A DNA stretch of 64,000 bases from Blasia pusilla. Its lineage: Eukaryota. Position numbers and translations under genes: made by a program. Location of the stretch: the NCBI GenBank assembly GCA_050084515.1, contig CM114271.1:41974001-42038000 (forward strand), read 5' to 3'. The notes under the pieces were generated by a model. The model was not told the DNA's origin, did not search any database, and saw only the letters and a list, made by a program, of their open reading frames with translations. This document shows, piece by piece, positions 24,176 to 36,379 of this stretch (positions are counted from its first letter, which is position 1; each line of letters begins with the position of its first letter).

Positions 24176-26029
24176 ATTCCTTTGGTGAAAGGAGGATAAA
24201 AATGGACGAAGTACGTGGTGCAGGAGATGAGTTCTCTAATTGTTAGCAGAACAATTTATCAAGAACAAAGTGTCCCATGGAATGTACGATACCCTTATTT
24301 TTAGATGGGCGAGGAGAGATTCTTGGTTGAAAACCAGCAATTCAGGATCTAAAATGCGTGACAAAGTTTGAAAACCAACAGCTTATGAACTACTTCATCC
24401 AATCTTTGCCCTCAATCTCCTCCCATGAACTACAAAGTAAAGCATGAGTGATGAAGATTAATATAGACTAGCGATTACGATGGTACCTGGTCGATGGATT
24501 TTTTGATTGGAGCACTCTCTAGTCCGGGGAGAACAAAAGTTATAGATTCAAAGTAGCAATGAAGGTTAGCACACCATTCAAATATTGCCATGTACAGTAG
24601 GAACTCAAGCAAATCGTGCCGGCAACTATGCGGCCTTGAATTCCTTTTAGACCCTCTTGGTAATTCAAGCTTGGAGCATGGGGCCGAGGATATCCAAAAT
24701 GGCTTTCCTTGCACCCTCGTACTTTAGAACTTTGAATTCTCTTTTGGCGGGGTTGGCATCGATGTACAACTCCAATAAGGCAGGGGAATGGATGAGCGTA
24801 TGCTATGGCCGGCGGGGTTGATGATACCATCCACTTGCAGCTGATGCAACCTCTTGCGTTTCTATCCCTCAATCCAAGTCCAATTCTAAAGGGCATTTGG
24901 ATAGTCTTGAAGAACAGAAGTGTGTGTTTTGAGTGGTTGTACATATTGGAAGTTGTAATCTTGTGATTGATGCTAGTACGAGAGTGGGATGGTTGCATGC
25001 ATATGACAAAGGAAATATGAATGTCTTGTCTACTGCATGTAGCCTCATGAAAAAATCCCATATAATCATTAGATCCACCGATTGTCAAAACTTGCTTGAA
25101 CTACTTTAAATACTCGGAGGATCGCAATGCAAGGTTCCCGAACGGTTAATCACTATGGATAGTCTCGAAGAACAGAAGTGTAAGTTTAGAGTGGTTGTAC
25201 ATATTGGACGTCATAATCTTGTGATCGATGCTGGTGGGAGGGATTGTTGCATAACGAAGAGAATTTGAATGTCTCGTCCCCTGTTTCAATGTTCTCCACA
25301 TTGTAACTGCTAAGGTTATGTTCAAAGTAAGGGTGAGTAGCTTCAAGAATTGTGCCCGAGTATCGTACTTCTTGACTCTATTTCTTTTGTGGGAAAGGGT
25401 TTGTATTCGGAAATACCGACCACACCGATGAATCTCGAAATGCAAGAGCCTGTGGAGAGCGGCTAATTAAGTGGTCGGACGTCTAAAGCTGTAATATTTT
25501 GTACGGCCAAATGCCGTCCGCGGGTGCCGCCGGAGGTGGACGCTCACCTCCTGCGGCCGGATGTGCCGTATATTTCAATAACATGCCCTGAAAATTATGG
25601 AATCCGTAATTGAAATTTTTCGGACATAAATGAAAACCTTGAACGCTTGAAGGACGCTTGTTCGTTGACCGGTTGAGTAGCCCTTTCGCAAGAAAACCCT
25701 AAAACACCGCTCTCTTTGATTGATTTAGCTGCAGCAGACGGGAAGGATAAGTTACGGCCGGCAAATTTACGTAGAATCTGGAAGCAACGAACGAGGACAT
25801 CGCTACGTTAGGCGGATAGGTAGCCTCCTCATCACTGTCGTTCTATACCACAGGAAGCTCGAGTAGGGAGATAAATCGCGGCGAGGCCAACAAGCATTAC
25901 CATATCACACGCAAGAGCGTGGAGTGGGCATGCTCCCTAATGTAGAGCGTATATATACGAGCTCTTTCAGCACGTCTAATTTTCTCGGCAGTGAACTTTG
26001 GATTTCGGGAGTGAATTTTGGAGTGAGAT

Positions 26030-28109
26030 ATGCACGCCACGTTGGAGTTTGGGAGCGGCTGCTCTGTAAGAGTTGCAGCTTCTGCATTTGTTGCACATCC
26101 CTGGCCGCGTGCTGTGGGATTTGCACGAGCTGGAGGATTCTCGACAACAGGTTGTCAGGGTGGTGCCACACAAAGTTGGAGACACAAGGTTCAGTTATGC
26201 TCTAGAAGTAGACTTCTCTCTGCGCGACCAGAAGATGCGATGTCTTTCCAATTTATGTCTCAGTACTATGTATCGCCTCTGCGGACCACGAAGAAGTTCG
26301 TAAGTCCCATGGCCTTTTGGGGTTCTGGTAAATCAAAATTCACGGAGGTGGTTCAGGCTGGGGATCCTGTCTTGCACGAACCTTCATTGGAAGTGCGGGT
26401 CGAAGATATTGGAAATGCGCGAATTGAGAAAGTCATCAATGATCTGGTGGCTACTATGCGCAATGCTCCGGGTGTAGGCCTTTCAGCTCCTCAGATTGGC
26501 GAGCAGCTGCAGGTCTAATATTTTGAACTTTTTTCTACACGCAGGTGTAGTCATGACTTTACCTGGATCCATTGTCTATCTCGTTTCTTTATCGATGGTT
26601 GGCCGGCTCTTAGAGACGGTAGCCAAGGGGAGCAGTTTGCTTCTTTATATGCTCAGTCTCTTTGCTTCTATGGTTTTTTGCCGGATCCCTTCTGCAGAGC
26701 GATGCTGATTGTGAAAAAACGTCATGTATACAAGATCGTAGTTGTTGCCCTGTCAGATTATCGTACTGGAGGATACGGAAGAACTCATGAGCTATGCTTC
26801 AGCGGAGGAGTGCGAGGCGCAGGGACGCCACCCGTTTGACTTGCTGGTAATCTTCCTACCAGTAGCAGCATGAGTCGCGAACTTAGCGAGATGATGCGTT
26901 TCGGTTTGCTTGTCTGTTATCGATTCATTTGTGCTGCTCCGTGTTTCCAATGGCCGAATAAAAACTCAATTTACCGGAATGTGATGATTCTGGATAGCAT
27001 GTTTCCCTCCACAGGTGATCATCAATCCAAGGTTGAAGAGGAAGTGGGGTTCGGGAAAGGCGCTTTTCTTCGAGGGTTGCCTCAGGTTTTTTCTCTTAAA
27101 CCCCCGACCTTGGGCTGTGAAATTATTGGATGTCTCAGCTGAATGTATGGTTTAGTAGTCCATGTTTTTAGCCCGAGGATATTTTGATGGCCACAAGCAC
27201 TAATGAGTCTTGTCCATAGTACATCTTCTGCTAGCAAACACTACTTGGAAGGCCGGTCATAGAAATCTATGAAACCTTAGTCTCGATGATGCTAACTATT
27301 ATTAATATCATGATCCAGCATCTCGCGAGTGTTAAGAATACTCTTCTCGTACCCTTCCAATATCATATTTAATACATGGTGGATAGTTGTGATAAGTATC
27401 TATAGAATGGTAGCCATTGCGTCTTAGTAAAAGTATCTTATTAGCACCAAAAGTGAACCAAATTAATAATATTTAATGTATTACATGGGACTTCCGAAGT
27501 TTCTAAATCAGTTTAGACCCAGGAGAGGAGATACGCGGAGAGAAGTCCTTTCCAAGGTCCTACCTGATTTAAAAATTTCCGCGGCTTACCTTGTTACGTT
27601 TTCAGCAGGTTGCCAAGAGAGATTCTAGGTGACCTTTTGAAAAAATAAAATTACCCTGTTACTTTTGATTGTATTCCTTCACGTCCGAGCATGAATTACT
27701 ATCTTCTAAATGCTCTAGCTTCAAAAGATTATCGATTGGATCAAAAGTGAGGCACCAACAGAAATGCGAATGCATCCAGAGTATTATCCAAATGTTTTCT
27801 TATGTCTAAATAACTCGTTTCCGTGTGAACTTTAAACTCAGTGTGGATGGATATCGGGCTCTGGTGGAAAGAGACTTGGAAGTTGAAGTTTCAGGATTGG
27901 GTAGAGATGGACAACCTATTTACGTCGAAGCAAGCGGATGGAAGGCTCGAATTCTTCAGCACGAATGTGACCATCTATCTGGCATTCTGTATGTTGACAA
28001 GATGGTGGCGAAAAGTTTTCGGACCAAGGGAAATTTGAGAATGCCTTTGCCATGTGGTTGTCCGAAGCCTGGAAATTGTGTACAGGAAACCAAAGACAAC
28101 AGTCTGTAG
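26030..28109 (+). CDS. PDF1A: Peptide deformylase 1A, organelle-targeted, 4 exons
   Basis: Exons 26030-26512, 26757-26846, 27015-27085 and 27842-28109. Motifs [15 protein letters not shown] and QHECDHL. The IIVLEDT...[11 protein letters not shown] insert is typical of PDF1A. The N-terminus looks like a transit peptide. The start codon is uncertain, with alternative in-frame ATGs from 26240. Confidence 0.93.
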
Positions 28110-29653
28110 AAGATGTTCAAACTTACGGAGAGTGGAAAAGATCATTTAATAAATGGAGACAGAGGTTATACAGAGGATTTCGCACTCACTACTTTCAGGT
28201 TGGTAATATTTTCAATGTAATTGTGTTTTTATGTTACTTCTATCTGTCAGGTTACTATGTTACTTCTAACTTGACTGCAAGTTGTCGTTGAGACATAGTC
28301 TGTGTAGTTAACATCCAACTATTTCCTTGAACTCTACCAGAGTAAACGGAAGTATTTATGGCCTTTACATACTCTTTTTTTCTCGCTATCTATGTTTCCA
28401 TACGAGTATAATTACTAATAGTGGGCAGCCTATGAATGGATTGAAAAAACTAATCTCGGTACAAAACTCCTTTTTTTTTTCTACCCATAGAATGGAAAAC
28501 TTTTTGTCACTGCCCGTCCCGTGTAAGGATAAATATTTTCTTGCTAACCGGTTGCCACATGTCAAATATAGAGGTGACTGCAAGTCAAGAAAGCATTCTC
28601 CCTTAAAAATATAGATTTCCCTCTCAACTTCCCCCCTTTCAAAGCACAGGATCCAAACCTTGGGTTGTTTCACACGCTCACGATACTCGCCCTTTGGAGT
28701 CTAGCCCTTTTATAAAGTTTTCCTTAGAAAAAGTCAGTTTTCCACTTCTATAACCTTTGGGTAGGATGAAATGGGCCCATGAATGCACACTATGCCGAAA
28801 ATATCTAAAGAAACCCCTTGTGAAGAAATGTACTAGTCTTTTTGAACTCTTGTGATTTCTCTCTCCCCAAAAGTCTATCGCATTCTTGTCATGTTGAATT
28901 CTTAGAGTGGCAAATGTGAGTAAGGTAATTTGAAGAGAGTAAAAGAAAGCTTTTTAAGAAGATTGAAGAAAAGCAAAATGATTCTGCAAGTAATCTCTAA
29001 TTTTAAATCCATTTAGCACTATTTTGAGTTAGTTCGAAACTTTGAAAACTACATTACTAAAAGTTAGATTATGTAAATTATAATGGAAGAGGTAGAATAT
29101 TTAAAAAATTAATGTAAATTTTGTATTCCCTTTCATGCATGAGGTGGAGGAAGTATGATCTTTTTTGTCTTACATCACCTTTTGTGTGTGTGTGTAATGA
29201 AGACTTCTCATCATTCTATTGAGTTGCTCTGAAAATGAGAGTTATGAGAGAGAATGCTTCTACTTTCTGAATTCTTTGAAATGGAATACCACACGAGATA
29301 ATATGACAGTCTTGGAGCTAAGTATTGATTGTTGCTAGTTTTGCAAATTGTGAACCCCATTTCCCATTTAGTGCAAACTTCCTTTTTAAAATGTTTTTTC
29401 TGTGCATGATTACAATATCTGGGAAAATTTGTGTAAACTAGTTTGGTGCTCTTGCAATGCATAGGTGCAAAACATATATGGTCAACCAATTGTATTACCA
29501 GTTGAATGCTTTAATTCAGCGAAGAAATTTTTTTAATAGTACTTTTCGAGTGTGATTCGTCATTTCCCTTATTTAAATTTTCCTAGGAGTTTGTTTCCTC
29601 GTAGAAAATGCTATGTACAATTGACCATCATAAAATATGAGAAATCTCACGAG

Positions 29654-29689
29654 ATTAGAGCATGGAGAATATATTCTCCATGCTCTAAT
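29654..29689. repeat. Perfect 36-bp palindrome
   Basis: ATTAGAGCATGGAGAATA|TATTCTCCATGCTCTAAT, with no spacer. Confidence 0.95.
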
Positions 29690-31085
29690 AAGAAATGCTT
29701 TGTAAAAGCGATATGTGGTTTTCCTCGGGATCCTCTCATGTTGAGACCACCTACCTTTGCCCAATTGTATCCGGATGCTTGATGTTTGGCTTACGAATTA
29801 GCTTTCGTTGTACTACATTCATCCACCACATGATTGTACCTTGCCTATGCCTTGGTCGACCAGGCATACAACTCATATCCAACCAACATTTGGTTTGCGT
29901 GAGGCCCAAGTGTTGGTTGGGGAACTGATTGTCCCTAATCGTCATATTGGGAGTGTGCCACACTTGGCGTGTGCACGCATTACGAACACTCTTAGGCCCA
30001 GATGGTTAGCATGGTGGTTATGGTTAGCGCTCAATTTTCGATCGCTAATCTCCAGGAGATCCTATTTTCTCTTGGTAGTGGATTGCTTTTGTGTGTCTTT
30101 CGCCGCCATTGAAGTCGCCTTCGCTCCTCATTGATACACAATATTGTTTGATAGCCGTTTCTTTCAGATGGGATTGGGTAATGATGCTCATAATTGCAAC
30201 CACCGCCAAAGGTACCATGATGCTTGTGGTCGCATTGCCCTACTAACAATTTTGGAGTGGAGTACTTGACGATAGAGGATAAGGTCTTTCATGCTATCAC
30301 AAAACCCTTCTTGAGTGTCATATTGTTACACATGTAGTTGTACCATGCCCTGTACGCCTTTCTTGCCCATTCGTAGAGGAATGATCCTTGTCAAGGAGAG
30401 TGACTTACTGATTACAAGAGAAGTTTGAGGAGGAGTTTTGGTGTTACGATTGAGTTGGTGTTAACATACGGATCTCCAAGGAATAGCTCCACCTTGTGTT
30501 TTTAGGTCATTCATCCTAGTCACTATTTTATACTTTTAAGGAGTTTTGTAGGGTGTTTAATGTAGGGGTTCTTGTGTGAATGGAAAAGTGTGCCATGAAG
30601 TATAGGGGCATTAATTCATGGGGGCAAGTATATGGGATTCCTCAATCAGGTCTTTTAAGATAGATCGGCGAGATCTAGTAGAAAGCCTTGGCGGATAGTG
30701 GATGAAAGCCTCAAGAGGTCGAAGATGACTTGCTGAGGGCTTGACTAACCTGAGAAATTAGGTTTCCCTTTTGTTTTGGCTCATTTGGAGCAATATACAG
30801 AAACTAAGTATTTATGATAAGTTCCCGTTTTGAATGTAGTTGACTTTCCACTTTGGGAAGTGACCCTTGATCCGCTAAATCATATCAATAGCCAAGGAGG
30901 TGATTTACAAACATAAGTTACGATGAAGAGTCTGGGAGAGGGAAGGGATATACCTCCAAGAGAGAGCTCTCGAGAGCTCATTCTTTCTTTGTTGAACCTA
31001 TTGGCATGAGACAGTGCAATTATGGTCCTCTTTCTCTTGTGTGTGTAATCGAAGCCTCTCATTAGGAGAGTGGGTTTGGTTTGAC

Positions 31086-31087
<2 letters not shown>

Positions 31088-31121
<34 letters not shown>
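31088..31121. repeat. (GA)n microsatellite, about 17 units
   Basis: Read directly from the sequence. Confidence 0.97.
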
Positions 31122-31123
<2 letters not shown>

Positions 31124-31782
31124 TGCACATTTGTGAGACCTTGTTGATGGAGAGATTTACCTGATTTATTGAAAATATCTTTGTACTTCTTGTCTCGATG
31201 TTTGGATGTCATGAGTTAGTATGTGATCGTTTGTGTTTGTGTGTTTGTTTGGTGACAACGATGTATGTTGTGTAACCATGTGTATGCGTACGACACCTCT
31301 CATTGAAATTTTTTTCCTACGCTAGGCTAGGGGATGTAGATCATCGTAAAATGTTTCCACACCTTGATGTCTATTGCTATGTCAAACATGTATTAGATTG
31401 TATGTGAATATAGATATGATTTCCGCATGCGTAGTTGTACGGTGATTGAGAGTGAGATTGATTATGCAAGAGGAGCATCAAGGTCATCATAGGATGCTTC
31501 ATGAATTTTAGAGGTAAGGTGGTACGTCAAAGATTAATATTAGAGGATTTGTGCATTACGTTGTGAGGTATTAAGTATGCTCACGATAGAAATAACCTCA
31601 ATATCCTTCTACGTCATCCTTAGACAAAGGAGAGACCTTCAAGAGTTTCCCATTACACAAGCAAGGGCGTTGAGTGGTTTTACTTGTGAGGGTACAAGTA
31701 GAGGACCGCGTAGATTTTCAGTAGCCTTGGAGACCATTGAATTGCATGACTTTGTAGTGGAGGTTAAAAGTTGTTATAGCTT

Positions 31783-32112
31783 AAAGGTTACATGTGGATA
31801 AAGTCCGTGTCCGTGGATATGTCCATGTCCGTGGATTTATGTCCGTCCTATGGAAAGACTTCTCCATATGGGCCTCACCTTTGCCTTCTTTCTCCTTCCC
31901 CTTACTTGCCTTCGTGTTCCATACTCCTCTATTTCTTCCTCCCTCCACCTCCATTCCCTCCCTCATTGCTCCACTCATCCTTGCCTTGCCTTCCATCATG
32001 GACTATAAGTGTGGGTCCCACCTCTTAGAACCCATGTCCGTGGACATGTCAAGACTTGTCCGTCCATGTTCGTCTTAAGGAAGGACTTGATTTCTACAAG
32101 ATGTGGAACTCT
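31783..32112. mobile_element. MITE-like repeat, copy 2
   Basis: Aligns with 20818-21147 and 63816-64000. Confidence 0.7.
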
Positions 32113-35100
32113 CTAGAGTTCAACCCTTTACAACATGGAACGATATATTCTTGCACCTAGAGGGGGCTCTAATGTTAAGCTATCACAAGTTTTAATTCTA
32201 TTAGATCTACGATAGAGATTAAGGCGTGGAGGCTCTATTGTGATCCATATTAAGTGTCATGGATTGAGCCATTTGCCACTTATGAAGAAGAGAAGCTAGA
32301 TGAGGCTACCTCCTTAATCATTGATGGCACATATGGAGAGATGAGCAACCCAAGAGCGATTCTATTGTCCATTTATGTTGTCCCAAGGTTTAACCTAGTG
32401 GTCAAGTTCTTTGTTGAGTTGCACAGACAAGATCAAGATTAAGAAGTTAGTGTGCATCCATGACTATTGTAGGTGGAGAGGAGACATGGTGCACGAGGCA
32501 ATCATTTTTTTGCGAATATTTATTAGCGTTTCTCAGATAACACCAGAGGCCCATGCCGTTCATGCATGGTATGGGATGCTTGAGCATGATCTACGAAGAC
32601 GTATGATAGATGTGACACTCTTATATTGGAATTTACCTACATTAAGGGAGGTCTTTAAGTTGAGTGCATTGAGCACAACTTGGTTGAAGAGAGTGTGGCA
32701 ATCTTGAGCTATTTGAAGTAGGCATTGCTAAGGATAGCTACACCTTGCCATCACTATAGAAACGTGCGTTGTGGAGGAGTACAACACCTAGGGTACATTT
32801 TAGTTATTGTGAGCATGTGTCATTGACCCATGGGTTTCATCAACAACCATGGTTGATTTTTTGGGTATGGGATAGAAGGATTAGAAAGATTGCACCCTCT
32901 TGGAAGTGGTCATGTAGTACCACCCACTAGATAAAATGGGCTTCACCAAGAGTATTCCATTGTCATCATTAGAGAGTTGTGATCATATTCAAGAGAGGTG
33001 TTTCAATTAATACCTCAAACTAGTAAGGATAGAATACATAAGATAACAATAGATCAAATATTATAGTATGTTTATATATAATAATATATGATAATTAGGA
33101 ACTGGTGAATATTTTCCTAATTATGTTTTATTGGATTCGAAAGTAAAACCTTTGAAGACAATTTTTACATGTTGGGATCCAACATGAGATGGCTAGATGC
33201 AATGATAGAGGCCATGTAATTCGTGATAGAGTTTACTATGATAGCTCCCTGCATGCCAAGATTACAGTCGTAGTAGTCATATCTAGCAACCCAATCACCG
33301 CATCAAGGAAAGCTCGTGAATGGTGAATCTTAAACTCTATCTTAAAGATCTTAAACTATCTCCAAGGCACAAATAAACATTGTTGTGCAGTGAAGGACCT
33401 TCGCATGCAAGCCACAAAAGATAGTGCTTTTCGGATCGAATTGCCAATGTGCAAGACATTTGCAGTCTGCTTTCTCGAGGGTGGCGCCTCACGCTGTCCG
33501 CTGGAAAATTTGCCCTGCTGGTGAAGCACCTGCCGTTGTGAGAAGTTGACATAAAGTGCTGAACCAGTGCGTAGCTCGTGAAATGCAGAGGCCTTATGAG
33601 TACGAACAATCGTTTATCTGCAAAGCATTCCCTAGCTCGTGTGTGCACTATTGGGCATATGGATTGTTGGGAGAAAAGAAAATTATGGGTTGTCAAAGCC
33701 ATTCCTCGGGATTCCAAGAACCCAACTTAGAAACTTTCGGATTCATACAATCTCACGAAGATATCAAGACTCTGTCCGTTATTTATGACTCGGAAGAAAC
33801 AGTAATAGGGAAAGGTGGCCGTCTCACACGAACATCCCAGATTCCCATGGCCGGCGCTTGTGTGTGGATTGCGCACTGTACCATCCAGTGAGTGAGAGCG
33901 AGTGCGGGGATGAATGCGGGTATTGTCAATCACGCACATCGATAGCCTGGTGATCGGTGCCACTCGGATGACTCACATGGCCTCCGTCAAGATCAAAAGT
34001 GCGAATTATTATCTTCCGAAGATCCCGGAGCCCGCATCGCCAAGTACATCTATGACTTGAAGATGGCCCAGCAGAAAGGCTGCTGTCCATCGGGAACGTA
34101 AGCTACTCGGGTTTGATGTCCTCGATGCAGTTGTCAATTTTACTGCTCTAATTTCATTAGTTTCCGAAGTGGACACCACACTCACCGTCTGCACAGTAAG
34201 AACCGTCTGCGATCTGGCCGTGTAGCACCTGCCAGACTGCAGCATGCACGTCCTACTCCCTCGCGGCCGTAATCTGCGATAACCGTGTTCCAGGATTGTA
34301 CGAATCCAAATGTGGCATATCTAGACTCTAGCGTCTTCTGGCAGAGGAGAAGTCTATCTAAACTCCGTCAACCATAATCTCGAGTCGTGCTCGCCGATTT
34401 GGGCGCTCAAGACCTTGAAACTGGAACGGGTAACCGATCGCTGACTCTCCCAGTGCATCTGTATGCACTTGTCCTTGAGTCCTTGACTACTAATACTTTT
34501 CCAACTCCCTATGCATTGCTTCGATTCGGAAGTTACCGGTGCTGGCTGTCGCCCCAAGTTCTCGAACAGGCCTCCGCGAAATGTGAAGTTGTCACTAGAG
34601 TCAACTCCATTCTCGAAGGGGCCGTCGCTAAGAATCGAAAGTTGCTGAGAGCTGCCGCTATGGAAGCGTTCAAGGTTTTCGTTGCTGGGAGCTGAGTTTA
34701 GGAATTTCCTTTCAAATCTTTGACTGCTTCTGTTGGAGTTCGGTCTTAGAGTGTTACTCTGCATGCACCACCAACGGCTGACCACGAGGAGATGTTTACC
34801 AGCAGAAAAAAAAAACATTTATCACACGTCAAACATTTTACAGCGCAATATGGAATATTCAGTGGTCTGGAGACTCATGACACTTCGCAGAATTCGGCAA
34901 CATGAGGTGGTACTGTTTGAAGTAAACACGAGCTCAGACTCCGTCAGTCAACACGAGCCAGACTCGGGATCAGAAGCGAGCATATGTGAACATGGCGGAG
35001 TGGTGGAAGGCATGTGACCCACATTTTCTGGAGAGAAACACACAGATCGGTTTACGGCTGTAAAGCTACCCCCTTCCCTTCCAACTTGTCGTTTTGGAAG

Positions 35101-36379
35101 AGTGTGAGTTCTCCTCCCGGCCCCGACTGAAACCATTCATGAGAGTGAAAGTGGGATACAATTATGGAGGGTTCTCCCCTCTAGTAAATAAGAGACTCTA
35201 ATGGGGTAAACAATTTCGGATAGTCTGAATACAACAGAGTTGCAAAGTATGTAAAATTCGTTGCCTCAAAAAGTCTGTATTCTATAAAATTGAATTTCCT
35301 CATGTGTCGAAACCTAGAAATTGGAACATATGCGGCGTCAGCAAAGGACGATTCGCAAATTTTCACGCGAAAGTTAGAGTAAGCATTTCGTGTTGAGCTT
35401 TGTGGAGAACATGACGGCACATTAAAGTAGAAAGAAAGCCATCAAATATGTTGTCGATTGAAGATCCGTTTGATACAAAGGATGCCGAATTATCAAGAAC
35501 AAGGTGACTCTATGGCAGATTAAGGAGTCTTGGTGTGATTCCGAAAAACGCTGATATCCAACCACCTTGCAATTCCGGGAAGTTCAACCGGATTTTGGCA
35601 AGAAAACACGAGGGCAGATGTAAAGAGCAACTCGATCAGACTAGTCAAATAACTGGTATGAGCTCGTGTTTACTTAAAACAGCAGCACCTCATGTTTGAG
35701 ATAAACAAACTGAAGTAAGCTCTCTGTAACCATCAGAAGAGCAGCTATGGCTCCGACTCTCACATCGAATTTACAGTTGCTGAAATATCCGTATGTACAA
35801 GCACCGAAATTAAATCGACACACCATCGCACCATTCTCAATCGTGGACTCAAGAAATACTACGGTCACAACTCACATATAGAGCCGTCCGATGATATTTC
35901 GAAGGATCTCGCTGTTTCATGGCCTTGATGGGAACTCATCACCACGTACGGCCACTCTTTTTATCCCTCTACCTCTCTGTTGCTCAAATTCAGTCCAGCC
36001 GCGCTTGTCAGGCCTCAGTCAGCTGGCGCTTCGCTGGACCATCTGGAAAAGTCAGTAGAGTATATCTGGATTGTCCCACTCCATTATGATTAGAGTCTAC
36101 ATTTTGAATCATGCTCGGCCCATTAGAACTTAAACTAAACTTGTCTAGTTTAAGATCGTTGCCCAGGGCCGTGCTAGGAGATGGAGTTGCCGACGCTGTG
36201 CAGACCATCCTTTCTAGCTTTCAATTTGGTGTGAGATGGGGACAAAACTAGGGCCATCTCCTAACACTGCCTCGGAAATGATCTTAAACTAGACCAGATT
36301 TAGTCCAGGGAATTTTTTAGAAGAAAAAGAACGAATTGTTGTGATTTATTATCAACAAGTATATATTGGGTTAAGTTGT

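Noticed and set aside
29000-33000. Further decayed TE-like sequence
   Set aside because: It is probably mobile-element debris, but no diagnostic motif could be read, so it was not classified.
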